Positions 23,501 to 30,359 of a stretch of 32,000 bases of DNA are shown piece after piece; the stretch's first letter is position 1; each line of letters opens with the position of its first letter. The notes under the pieces were generated by a model. The model worked only from the letters and a program-made list of their open reading frames with translations. It searched no databases and had not been told where the DNA came from. Source of the stretch: Patescibacteria group bacterium (GTDB taxonomy: Bacteria; Patescibacteriota; Patescibacteriia; 2-01-FULL-39-33). The stretch covers positions 30,001 to 62,000 of the forward strand of contig JBAZMW010000001.1 of assembly GCA_041649575.1 (NCBI GenBank), given 5' to 3'. The position numbers and the translations under genes were made by a program.

Positions 23501-26164
23501 GTCAACTACAACGGCTTTGGCGATGATATTTTGGGTATTGATTCGCTCGACGAACAGTCCATGCCTTGCCCGATTTCCGGAGAAAAATGCGTTAGCATCT
23601 CTTTGTGGAAAATGTTGAACCAAAACGGAGTACCGACCTGGATCGACCAGGCAGCCATTAGAAACAGTTCCAGTTTCATAAAACGACTTTTCGCCAAAAG
23701 TTATGGAGTCTGGACCTGGGCCGGCGATGGGGTCGGCTACAAGAAGACCGACCAATATAATTGGGATGTTCCGGTCAGGCAGTGCGAATTTCACGGCGTG
23801 CCAAATGTTCGTCCTGATCCTCAAAATAGCAGTATCAACGAGATAATTACCGGCTGGTTTGATCTGAATTTTGAAAAAAACCCAGCCACCGTGGCGGATT
23901 GTGATTGGGGCAGCGCCTGCTTGGAGCCGGCCGGCTGTGATTGTCATGGACTGTGCACGGTGCCCAACGGACAACGAACCTGTGAGTATCCCAAAAATCC
24001 GGATTATTGCGGGGTGGCTCCGGTTATCAATAATATCAGAGTGAACAAGAAGGTGGAGGTGGATGTAAACGGAGTGAATTTGTCAAATACGCCGGTTAAA
24101 GTCAGCAACAACAGTAACGTGGAGCTGGAGTTCAACGCGACCTTGGATCCCGAACAGTTGCCGCTCTCGGCTTACCAGGTTGATTGGGGAGATTACAAGC
24201 TCTCTTATTCCGGCATCGAGCTAAGAGACCGCTCCAATATCAAAAATAAATTCAAACTCTATCATTATTATAGTTACGAGAAGTTGTCCAAACAAAACAC
24301 CGGTCTTGATGAGATTTATTGCGACGGAGACGCTCTGCCGCAGGATCCAGCGGTAAGTCCGCCGGTTCTGACCGTTGCTTCCGGAGAATGCTGGCTAAAA
24401 ATAAAAATTCAGGTGCGCGATAATTGGGGCTGGTGCAACGGCAGTGATAGCGCCAAAGGTTTTCATGTCAGCAGCGGCAAATGCGGTTCAGACGAGGCCT
24501 GGAGGAATTTTGGCCGCTGGGTGGTGGTAATAAAGAATTTCGAAGACCTCGATGTGGAAGAAGATAAAGAGCTAAATAATGACAGTGATCTGGATTTAGC
24601 TTTCACGCCCTATAATGGTATTTGTGAGCCGGGAGAGGATATTAATACCGAGCCGGCCTGCCCCCTGACTTCGGGCGCCAGTTTTTCTTTGAGGCACAAT
24701 ACTATGAAAAGAACTATCAGCACCAATCCGCAACTTGATGAATATTGGTATTTTTCCACCGGTCAGGGTGAGGATATAACTAAAATCAGGAATTTAAGAA
24801 TCAGGGCGATCGGAGTTTTAAATTCCAAGCAATGGGAAATAGATGATCAGGTTGTGAAGAACGGCGCGAGATTTAATTTGGTTAAAGTCCCCTACGAGGT
24901 GCAGAAGAATTGCGAGGTCAAACGGCTCAGCGCCGTAGAGGAGCCGACACTAGGGGACGGCGATTGTGTTTACATCGAAAGCGAGAGACTAGCCGCCGGC
25001 GCCTCCGAAAGCGGCCAGATTTGGGACACCGCTCTTTATAGCCCGCAGTTGTTCACTTACCCGTCAATATTAGAATATGACTACCAGTTTAAAAGAGAAG
25101 GCCAGATAGAAAATCCGCCAACTGTTTTTAAGCTTCATGGAGAGAGGACTTTCTATCGTGGCACGGTGATTACTTTAGAGGAGAGAGACGACGACGGCAC
25201 CATTAAGAGCGGCGCCAAATATATAGATGTTGACACCGAAGCCTGTGATTCCGTATTCTGTGATTTAAAGCAAGGTTCGGCTAATGGTTTTCATGTTTGT
25301 GACAATCAGGGAGATTGTTCTGTCAACGCTTGCGATGGTCGGTGGGACGATAAGGATTTGATTTACAAAACCGTCTGCGAGCTCTTTGGCACGGATAGCC
25401 ACTGCCGGCCAGAGTGTTCTTGCGAACAGGGTTTTCAGGCCAAAACATCCGCCGATGGCACTTGCGTAGATTGTTCCAGTGGCCAAAGTTGCGGCTGTCC
25501 CAGTTTCCAGTGCTGGAATTCTTCAAGCAAAACGTGCGAACCATGTGGCCTGAAGCTGATGGGCAGATTCGCTCTGGAAGAAGCCGTTAACACGGCCGTT
25601 GTCGGGGCGACCGCGCCCAATACCGACGGCCGGCGAAATTTGACAGTCAAAGACAAAGACTCCAATTTTATCCAAGAAGGCGATCCAGACGCTCTACTTT
25701 GCTTCCAGCTGGTGAAGATAAAAAACAGCTCCGGAGCAGAGCAAAGCAGTTTTACCAGAGATTTGCAAAATGGCGATATTGTCACTCTGTTTACTCCTTG
25801 GGGCTGCGTGCAAGAGGCCGGTAATGATTACGTGGTGGGCGCTGGGAGCGGTTGTCGCGAATTCAAAGTTGAAGGCAGCCCGGTTTTTTCCAAGGGCTCG
25901 ACTATGACTCTAAAAGATGGCAGCAGTTATTGGGATGCCGATATAGCCGGAAGTGGCAAGATAAGTAAAGGCAGCTTAAATACCTTCAAAGTCGGTGATT
26001 GCAGCGACGGCAGCTTTGCCTTGGCCAGTTCTGAGTGGCGTTTGGCCAGCGGCCGCGTGGCGGGAGCGAGCGAGAGCGGAGCCGGATCGAGGCTGGGCCG
26101 GCTGGAAGGAGCTTTGGCTGATTTGTGGAACAATTTTTCAAAATTAGTGGCCAGAGTATTTTAG
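14567..26164 (+). CDS. Giant secreted/surface Cys-rich multidomain protein (3,865 aa), putative adhesin
   Basis: A single uninterrupted ORF in the track. N-terminal signal/anchor KVIVVGFLLSFFIPALVIAQE. Native-type A/T-ending codons. Four CBM4_9-like modules, a recurring C-x6-C motif, a PKD-like segment and an EGF-like Cys-rich tail (listed separately). Confidence 0.85.
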   Translation: MNPGEGTKKITKNLFNKVIVVGFLLSFFIPALVIAQEVVPGISGVNVADVHDENAFRVATEGGGDAVITCNNFVAGGLATSGDIAALIKCIESGTKAQNKTVDKNTLKQLKALEQKQQREELFSKMKDELKKSMAGAFKTMLRQFSKQLAYDTAVWVASGGKGQQPLFMTEGIGAYLRNQLDNALGVFLDELGRYYGVDVCTPNFQIRALLPGYLGRPQVSVRCSFTKMISNWQSAAQNASFAVEYRRFLRPGENDISSLLMIKTGLSNKLDQELRDSVLNVLSKDGWKDVKDFAGWVLTPGTMVRKATENAIDPQNTSIADYTYTDTLWDFIETFLNTLTGKLLENLMTGFFSSGGNTQNFTTGNSSSSLFNPLAQPFSEGQEGAQERFLSLVEGSLQVGGVYDILNKLTQCLDSSKSNLGPTDCVIDQALAQAIREKKLVKDLSADILNRQFAPSISANINPQTVFTLRNIVILRKYRIVPVGWEVAAKLVNEKAKQIYTLRQLMECYNGCDRFGKEEDFCGNPAVEDTSSWCRGLVDPNWVLKAPELFCRREGYGIESGAIDSQNSVSRDKYCADEQQCIKEDEKGNCLAYGYCTKERRTWDFNSSTCDPKFNTCFNFKSRTGAANAYLANTLDYRDCDAQVAGCRWLATALNPVSNYWLNLTYKTNELGKPKEVLKTCNNPLGCEVTGASAAAAVTYGHNISPDAKTILSQPCNKSAGCSYETSKCTIPNGGVTCSPIKAACDGQNNILAGYNGNFAKCASWNAEKWEEGWGGSENNHHACVTGVGVTGSGIKDDKALASYTLGQQVSSALRDISVEPNKKYILTFEAKKSALDAYGGVTRGSVAVKVEFTDTSGKKTDQGVVLAADDLSDTGYRTFTIGNINNGNNDKFTIKVTTNAGSYGSFYFDEFILREVTENCFETNLVLTNGVQTEDDSNKEIYFDRDIQSCDAKDEGCSQFIRTKAGLGSNLIPNSGFEIDAGGDNKPDGWVERGLTNISLDTNDKYKAKIVYSAEGYDKYPLIPVEAGEYYAISFDAAQAISGNNDEADLEMIFLNKEADAIIGATGIKIDKTNCAQTGDNTITLRNLPANMNMQRQSCYFLVPAGARVMGYKLFSATASGVNFIDNIKLEKINYFSLNASVYTPYTPSERPVSQLAFVKKAPAYYGCYKTGSLWPQSETELERVLLGRSAACANFASVCIRDEVGCERYSPLNKDPAVPGKINALNICPAECVGYQLYRKEKTYFESVSYEKFIADKKPQYCSAAYAGCDEFTNLDEVAKGGESREYYSQLRVCQQPAADASDATYYTWEGSDTTGYQLKTYQLKKSQTDSFDTNAPCTVLDYPASLNGKNQCNDLKDDGTNSVGSVSLPAGYSSLKGYLTVLQGYTDTSSSDPNLPTIVNSGILDELHEFGICAKQELNGIVYNRGTMDDASDDIYIYANADCREFYDGSGQVHYRLLSKAIFSSSECHPYRRSQVQTDTAEAQADCRNSQGYWNANGECIYMAIPGQGKTCPASAKGCRQYVGNQGNNVRLKFFDNFESNLGAWQGGGVLAMEATNPGGKSLKKAGGGEISRPVATVKNKAYILSFWAKASADAVVLDAIKFKGAENNSDNYFAESDSDADNIPQAVLNTTWQKYDLGPVFVTWDERADEALEIKAPAGVDVFFDNIILKEVQQNVYLIANTWFTPFACDNILETPFGSAGDSNNPTRDSQGEMLGCQAYNDRSDQPWYLKSFSRLCREDAVGCEALINTFNSDSPWGKEFNNEDLETHDDVTVQSDQAVYLVNDNQYACQAEDKGCTAFGLPSVTKYDETIGYSTVYLENVPDRYSFDLCRYQNLWCEEFSSADARELSYFKDPRDKLCEYTAISGKNYSNWYAKGTNNPCLTTATQTIGLGSADEKRQPIGWYDNKTETEVADYKGWAGLCPAEQSSCTEYIDPLTEVYEGLFNKEENSFKNCAGETPGAEQNNCGYYVLELEDENLYTISIKRTSSGNVATQLVCDNEIWSPDKSLDVSGSSKLILNRDNVGGDKQVSGRFYLESTGAGQARVNCRIYDPGFDGEEIEVVKAGVYYQLAKAVNRAACNGLVDIDSGCVLFNERGEMNYSKQGVERVRDYLDFDADETFNLQIKAASKNPQPPFSAILPGQKNSNSIIKVSPDRECSGWLFCTTYEKANPEDTDLAFGSQDKCLEIGLCSRFDSKGNCLKYSLGKKEALSTSTPDFQNLTGYSISGYYPTDLMEQIGNAANLPNGNFESTYSGTKEPLGWYIGGSHYDSDNIKQPGQVSGWGDYRFSIERDSANRREGSGYLKLNGAYEAESELVDVFPNVDYTISAWVNTLNLQPTSTQAEILVRELNASGNTIKNSNCSAVAGCYEVKINGISWSLYGGLKLKAGQPWLRVNQRIKTMPETSRLQIKLLNFLSSQDYVNCRDQNAATYCKTGGYTFFDDLQINAALKVNDKENIKRDCRAYPEQDSLACRYFKDNQFFYGWSGYCLTYDPLNSRSCLQWWPVDNIKGEVEDEVSGYDNRVPLYYCLLTEFERELKEVSTDVIQVQEAVGGAMPVASQAQGVAGTILDFLEFILNIVGDVFLGGTNSGTIITDLIAGGLQTFAGIDVGSSGSSSSKSNMPQCERLSFEDLKFDPTTKSLNSWVASITGNNSRNVDAKYLKPISLYNVVYITLDTGYGGGGGVECEDQGGHNLQKVKYTENFILRGLYKLVVGGTSSITTEDYGYVSPGDGTAGLDYSDKTYCAGFVTFFDKDENGHRKGEIKNMIACAQDTGEYTHQDTFNFKFKIGYMTDKQGPACQILAQVVTPMGNNKAWSRRVAKGSIFTMPGLGTSYNSDYPPYGAVVPPEPAHYPEVWDTDLTQKDKQKLYHSAPELESQKPYQARAGEVFSCVNYVNDLPGYDGTMGALRSIFGVASSWAYKVPCFEGCLKGIRTDNAWQGLTSITQSVLCVWRHCTNACNFIGRCSQSGSVCVNYNGFGDDILGIDSLDEQSMPCPISGEKCVSISLWKMLNQNGVPTWIDQAAIRNSSSFIKRLFAKSYGVWTWAGDGVGYKKTDQYNWDVPVRQCEFHGVPNVRPDPQNSSINEIITGWFDLNFEKNPATVADCDWGSACLEPAGCDCHGLCTVPNGQRTCEYPKNPDYCGVAPVINNIRVNKKVEVDVNGVNLSNTPVKVSNNSNVELEFNATLDPEQLPLSAYQVDWGDYKLSYSGIELRDRSNIKNKFKLYHYYSYEKLSKQNTGLDEIYCDGDALPQDPAVSPPVLTVASGECWLKIKIQVRDNWGWCNGSDSAKGFHVSSGKCGSDEAWRNFGRWVVVIKNFEDLDVEEDKELNNDSDLDLAFTPYNGICEPGEDINTEPACPLTSGASFSLRHNTMKRTISTNPQLDEYWYFSTGQGEDITKIRNLRIRAIGVLNSKQWEIDDQVVKNGARFNLVKVPYEVQKNCEVKRLSAVEEPTLGDGDCVYIESERLAAGASESGQIWDTALYSPQLFTYPSILEYDYQFKREGQIENPPTVFKLHGERTFYRGTVITLEERDDDGTIKSGAKYIDVDTEACDSVFCDLKQGSANGFHVCDNQGDCSVNACDGRWDDKDLIYKTVCELFGTDSHCRPECSCEQGFQAKTSADGTCVDCSSGQSCGCPSFQCWNSSSKTCEPCGLKLMGRFALEEAVNTAVVGATAPNTDGRRNLTVKDKDSNFIQEGDPDALLCFQLVKIKNSSGAEQSSFTRDLQNGDIVTLFTPWGCVQEAGNDYVVGAGSGCREFKVEGSPVFSKGSTMTLKDGSSYWDADIAGSGKISKGSLNTFKVGDCSDGSFALASSEWRLASGRVAGASESGAGSRLGRLEGALADLWNNFSKLVARVF
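16820..17320 (+). other. CBM4_9/galactose-binding-like beta-sandwich module A of the giant protein
   Basis: Contains ILAGYNGNFAKCASWN...KKYILTFEAKKS...YRTFTIGNI... and ends in the shared terminal strand motif FYFDEFILREV. Confidence 0.45.
17480..17971 (+). other. CBM4_9-like beta-sandwich module B of the giant protein
   Basis: Starts NLIPNSGFEIDAGGDNKPDGW, continues ...EYYAISFDAAQ..., and ends NFIDNIKLEKI. Confidence 0.55.
19178..19597 (+). other. CBM4_9-like beta-sandwich module C of the giant protein
   Basis: Starts FFDNFESNLGAWQGGG, continues ...KAYILSFWAKAS...WQKYDLGPV..., and ends VFFDNIILKEV. Confidence 0.55.
21311..21931 (+). other. CBM4_9-like beta-sandwich module D of the giant protein
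   Basis: Starts LPNGNFESTYSGTKEPLGWY, continues ...GSGYLKLNG...DYTISAWVN..., and ends TFFDDLQINAAL. Confidence 0.5.
24017..24200 (+). other. PKD/Ig-like segment of the giant protein
   Basis: APVINNIRVNKKVEVDVNGVNLSNTPVKVSNNSNVELEFNATLDPEQLPLSAYQVDWGD. The terminal VDWGD resembles the PKD WDFGD signature. Confidence 0.4.
25244..25549 (+). other. Cys-dense EGF-like region near the C-terminus of the giant protein
   Basis: CDSVFCDLKQGSANGFHVCDNQGDCSVNACDG...CRPECSCEQGFQAKTSADGTCVDCSSGQSCGCPSFQCWNSSSKTCEPCG. Confidence 0.45.
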
Positions 26165-26200
26165 GTTTTATTTTTTTAAATAAGCGAGGTTTTTAAAAAA

Positions 26201-29200
26201 ATGACAGTCAGAAGAAAAAAATTGATTTTAATTATAACAGTCGTCTTGTTTTTGGCTGGAATTTTTTTGTTGAGCAGTAATATTTCTTTTGCCCAGGAAA
26301 CCAACTCCGACTCCAATATTAATGGCAATATCAGTTCGGATTCCGATGTCGAAGCCGACACCAACATTAATGCGGATTACAACCCCAAGCCAGCCGAGAA
26401 TGCCGGCGCACCAGCCAATGACGGCAAGATTGCCGGGTTCATTAATTGGATTTTGTATTACGTGGCTTCGTTTTTTGGCTGGCTGGTGGGGCTGATAGTC
26501 AATGTTTTGGTTAATAAGGTGGTGGTTTTTAATGATTTTTTGAATGTCCGGCTGGTCAAGGAGGGCTGGCGCATTGTGCGCGACATCTGTAATAATTTTT
26601 TTATCGTCATCTTGCTGGTGATCGCCGTGGGCACTATTTTGCGGGTACCCAACTATCAATACAAACAATTGTTGCCAAAACTTTTGATAATGGCGGTGCT
26701 GATTAATTTTTCCAAGATGATTACCGGCGTCCTCATAGATTTTTTTCAGATTATTATGGTGTTTTTCGGCGGAGCCCTGGTAAAAGAAAATGCCGCCGGA
26801 GTGATTTTGGCCAGTGTGGGGTTGTATAAGCTATATTTATTGGGACAAAACCCAGGGGGACAAATTCTTGGGAACGAGAATTTGCAGGATTGGGATATTA
26901 CTATCGCTCTGTTTTTTGCCATTGTAATCTCCATTGTCGCCTGCGTGGCGATAGGAGTGACTATGATCATTCTGGTCTATCGTATTGTAATGTTGTGGAT
27001 TCTGGTGATTTTGTCGCCGGCCGCTTATTTTCTTTCTTCCTTTCCCAAAGGCCAGCAGTATGCCGGCATGTGGTGGAGCCAATTCGCCAGCAACCTGGTA
27101 GTCGGGCCGGTGCTGCTGTTTTTTCTGTATTTGTCCTTTTTCAGCGGTTACCGCGATGTCGGCGGCGTAGAAAACACTCGGGGAGGGACGGTTACTATCC
27201 CTAGTTCTGCTACTACCCCAGAAGAGCTTAAAAAAAGCGCTAAAGAAGCTAGGACTGATACTGGCCAAAAAGGTTATATAACCGGTTCTACAAATTCACT
27301 CATGGCCACGGATCAAGGATTTTTTGATTATTTAATTATTATTGCCCTGATGATTGCCGGTCTGGCCGTAGCGCAAAAAGCCGGCGCCGCCGGCGGACAA
27401 TGGGCGGGCAAGGGCGTGGCCAGTTTGCAAAAATGGGGGAAGAGAGCAGCCAAGCTGCCTTTAGGTGCAGCCAAGTATACAGCCAAGGAGACTGGCCGAA
27501 AAGTCGCTGGAATTCTAAGTTATGAGACAAAAAGTGGCAAACGACTCCCTTTTATTGGTCAATGGGCTGGTGATATAAAAACTAAGATGGAAGATGATAT
27601 TGTAAAACGGCGTACTGCTATAATGAAAAAAATAGGCATGGGGGACAAGACAAAAGAATGGATAGCCGGCAAGAAGGAGGATTTCAAAAAGGCAAGATAC
27701 CAAGTTTCTGGTAGGCTTGTTCAAGCGCCAGTTGGGGCCGCTGTGCATGGCGCCGGTGGAGCTGCTTTGGGAGCTACTATTGGAGGAGTTGCCGGAGGAG
27801 TTATTGGTATAATGACAGCCAATCCTCTATTAGCCTTGGGTGGGGCCAAGGCTGGTGCTTGGATAGGCGGTGCTATGGGAGGATTTGGCGGTATATTAGG
27901 AGGCTTAGGAAAAAAACCTTTACAATTTACGGTTAAGGCTGCTGAATTAGACACGAAGACGGTAAAAAATGCAAAGAGAAAGGCCGATGCCTTGAATGAT
28001 ACCACCGTGCCAGTTGGTGGCACGGATGAAAGTGGTCTAATTGAGGCCAGAAGTTCATGGAAAAATACCGGGGCGTATATTGGAGCTGGCGGTATTTTAT
28101 CTAAGGAAAATAAAAAGATGCTTGATAATATAAATGACGACGGTCTAGCGCATTTATCGCAAGCCATAGATGCTGAAATAGACCCAACTAAGAAAAGTGA
28201 TTTAAAGGAAGCTTTTACCAAAATGTTGGCTGCTTATAAAAAAGGCGGCGGATCTAATCTTAGTACCATACAGTCATTTCTCGGTGGCGGAAGGAATGTT
28301 TTGGGTATAAGCGAAACAGCTCATATGGATCCTTTAATAGCAGCTAATAAGGTAGACGTTGCTTCCCGTCGTACCGGTACCGAGAAGTTCAGAGAACAAC
28401 GCGGTGACTTAAAGGTAGCTCGGTTTAGTCATCTTAAAGATAACACAGAGGCTGGTGTTGATTTCAGGGATTTGTTTGAAGGCAATTCAGAGCTTCTAAG
28501 TCAAATCAAGGCGCAACAACCGGATTTTGACATCAGTCAAAGCGGTATTCATATCGAAGGCAAGGAAATGACGCAAAAAGTCTCACAAGCCATGGCTGTC
28601 TTGATAGACAAAGAATTGGCCAGTCTTTCTCATAACAGCGCTATTGCTTCGACCGGTCAGAAGGAGCAAATAGGCAGAAGAATGGGAACGCTAAGAACGG
28701 CCAGAGAGCAACTAACGTCTGGCAGATTGCAGCAGTTGCAATTATGGAATAGCGGCCTGGAGAATGAGACCGGCGAAGCGGCAACTACCATTTTCCATGA
28801 AAGGATTCATAAAGCAGGTGTTAAGAGCGAAGTTAAGGCCGAGGAAGGGGCGCGGTTTATTAGGGAAAGGCATTTAGCGGGTTTGCACGAAGAGATCGCC
28901 AGGGAAATGGTAGCCATGGAAGGCGAAAGGGGTGGAGATGATTACACTATGGACGAGGTGATGGCCAGAGTCAAAGAAAAGCATGGCACCAAGGATAAAG
29001 TGAAAAGATTAATTGCCAGAGAACAAGAAGCGGGAGTCGCTCCGGGCAAGACTGGCGCTAAAGAGCCCAAGCCAACCAAAACTATTACCGAAGCCCCCGA
29101 GCTGGAAAGAGCAATACAAGAGCTGACCGAGGCTTTAACCAAAACTAGCAGAAGCGAGGCAGGCGGTGTCGGGCCGGGCGGCGCTTTGCAGCCTGATTTG

Positions 29201-29392
29201 CAAAGAGAAGCGGCTGCCAACGCCAATTTTTTCAGGTTGCTGCAAAGCTTGAGAGAAATCGAAAAAGGCGTAGCTGGCTTGGGGGACAAAGAAGCAAAAG
29301 ATGCTGTCGGCGTGGTGGTCGGGCTGGGGTCAGATCCAGTGCCTTTGGACGCCCAAGTGACGGCCGAGACTGTTAAAAATTCTTTAAGTTAA
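26201..29392 (+). CDS. VirB6/TrbL-like polytopic membrane protein with a ~670-aa C-terminal extension (1,063 aa)
   Basis: ORF track. Signal/anchor LILIITVVLFLAGIFLLSSNISFA, then roughly eight TM helices by eye up to ~27385. These include ...GWRIVRDICNNFFIVILLVIAVGTIL...LLIMAVLINFSKMITGVLIDFFQ..., which resembles TrbL/VirB6-type proteins. The extension has a glycine-zipper segment (27724-27915). Confidence 0.55.
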   Translation: MTVRRKKLILIITVVLFLAGIFLLSSNISFAQETNSDSNINGNISSDSDVEADTNINADYNPKPAENAGAPANDGKIAGFINWILYYVASFFGWLVGLIVNVLVNKVVVFNDFLNVRLVKEGWRIVRDICNNFFIVILLVIAVGTILRVPNYQYKQLLPKLLIMAVLINFSKMITGVLIDFFQIIMVFFGGALVKENAAGVILASVGLYKLYLLGQNPGGQILGNENLQDWDITIALFFAIVISIVACVAIGVTMIILVYRIVMLWILVILSPAAYFLSSFPKGQQYAGMWWSQFASNLVVGPVLLFFLYLSFFSGYRDVGGVENTRGGTVTIPSSATTPEELKKSAKEARTDTGQKGYITGSTNSLMATDQGFFDYLIIIALMIAGLAVAQKAGAAGGQWAGKGVASLQKWGKRAAKLPLGAAKYTAKETGRKVAGILSYETKSGKRLPFIGQWAGDIKTKMEDDIVKRRTAIMKKIGMGDKTKEWIAGKKEDFKKARYQVSGRLVQAPVGAAVHGAGGAALGATIGGVAGGVIGIMTANPLLALGGAKAGAWIGGAMGGFGGILGGLGKKPLQFTVKAAELDTKTVKNAKRKADALNDTTVPVGGTDESGLIEARSSWKNTGAYIGAGGILSKENKKMLDNINDDGLAHLSQAIDAEIDPTKKSDLKEAFTKMLAAYKKGGGSNLSTIQSFLGGGRNVLGISETAHMDPLIAANKVDVASRRTGTEKFREQRGDLKVARFSHLKDNTEAGVDFRDLFEGNSELLSQIKAQQPDFDISQSGIHIEGKEMTQKVSQAMAVLIDKELASLSHNSAIASTGQKEQIGRRMGTLRTAREQLTSGRLQQLQLWNSGLENETGEAATTIFHERIHKAGVKSEVKAEEGARFIRERHLAGLHEEIAREMVAMEGERGGDDYTMDEVMARVKEKHGTKDKVKRLIAREQEAGVAPGKTGAKEPKPTKTITEAPELERAIQELTEALTKTSRSEAGGVGPGGALQPDLQREAAANANFFRLLQSLREIEKGVAGLGDKEAKDAVGVVVGLGSDPVPLDAQVTAETVKNSLS

Positions 29393-29395
29393 ATT

Positions 29396-30331
29396 ATGGC
29401 TAATAATTACATTGCCGAATGTTTGACAAAATTTAGAGCCCTGCCTCGAGAAATCCAGGAGGCGGTGGGCGGTTTTGAGGCCTTGAAAACCATTCAGGGC
29501 CTGGAAGAGACCCATAGAATCAAGCTGGGGCTGATGGTCATTTTAGTGGCGATTGGCGAATTAAAAATGGAGGAAATAGAGGATTATCTGATGGAAAAGT
29601 ATAATTTTGGAAAATGGGAAGCGCAGGAGATCAATGAGATTTTACAGCAAAGCATTTTTGAACCGGCTCTTGAAGTTGCTTTGGCAACAATGCCTTTAGC
29701 CGGCCAGTCTGGACGAGATTTAAGTTTGCCCGAGCAGAAGAAAATTTTGACTGATTTATTCAGAGAAAGACTAAAAGAGGTCTTAACCGGCGATGGTGAG
29801 CTGGTTCAAGAAGTAAACGATATGATTTTTGATATTTTGGGTCGGGAAATGGGCGACGAGAATAAAATGTTTGAAAAAGATTTGGAAAAAATTCTCTATC
29901 TCAACCAAGAAAAATTGACCAGTCAGAGCATTAATATCGACGGCCGGCCTCTCGAGCCCACGGTGGCTAATTGGCTTAGGGATTTTATTAATAGAAACGG
30001 CACTGCATTTTTTTCCAACCTGGTTTTGTCGCAATATCTGGCCAACTCGGAAAACGGCAACCGTTTGAATCAAGGAGAAAAGATGCTTCTGGGCAAATTG
30101 TTGGTTTTGTATCGCAATTTAAAATTTTTTCCAGACAACCTGACTAATTTGCCCCGAAACCAATGGGAGATCATTCCCATTAGCCGCCATAAGTCCGAGC
30201 CAATAGCTTCGGCTGGCGCTGCCGCTGGCGGCAGCAGAGCTGTGCCCCAAGAAGAGCCCTCTCCGGCTTGGCAGGGGCTGTCGGCGATAGAAAAGAAAGC
30301 TTTAATGGAAGAGGAAAGTTCCAGAAAATAG
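29396..30331 (+). CDS. Hypothetical protein (311 aa), paralogous at its N-terminus to the next ORF
   Basis: ORF track. Starts 3 nt after the preceding stop. The N-terminal ~80 aa (LTKFRALPREIQEAV...LEETHRIKLGLMVILVAIGELKMEEIEDYL) align with ORF 30360. Confidence 0.6.
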   Translation: MANNYIAECLTKFRALPREIQEAVGGFEALKTIQGLEETHRIKLGLMVILVAIGELKMEEIEDYLMEKYNFGKWEAQEINEILQQSIFEPALEVALATMPLAGQSGRDLSLPEQKKILTDLFRERLKEVLTGDGELVQEVNDMIFDILGREMGDENKMFEKDLEKILYLNQEKLTSQSINIDGRPLEPTVANWLRDFINRNGTAFFSNLVLSQYLANSENGNRLNQGEKMLLGKLLVLYRNLKFFPDNLTNLPRNQWEIIPISRHKSEPIASAGAAAGGSRAVPQEEPSPAWQGLSAIEKKALMEEESSRK

Positions 30332-30359
30332 CCAAAAGAATCGGAGAAATAAAAATTTT

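Noticed and set aside
14434-25785. Many long antisense or alternate-frame ORFs inside the giant gene (e.g. 14434-15006, 17009-17449, 18761-19216, 22664-23137, 23405-23974, 25435-25785)
   Set aside because: All lie fully within the uninterrupted 11.6-kb sense ORF. Their translations are low-complexity with no start context, motifs or promoter signals. Such shadow ORFs are expected opposite long ORFs of moderate GC.
28796-28810. An HExxH motif (FHERIHKAG) in the C-terminal extension of the VirB6-like protein as a possible zinc metallopeptidase or cell-wall hydrolase site
   Set aside because: A 5-residue motif is expected by chance in a 1,063-aa protein. I cannot identify a third ligand or the surrounding zincin fold by eye. 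It is worth a structure-prediction check but is not supportable as a call.
26176-29289. Antisense/alternate-frame ORFs within the VirB6-like gene, including the Pro/Ala-rich 166-aa ORF at 27721-28221
   Set aside because: The Pro/Ala-rich ORF mirrors the Gly-zipper coding region (GGN codons read as NCC on the opposite strand). The others have no independent support.
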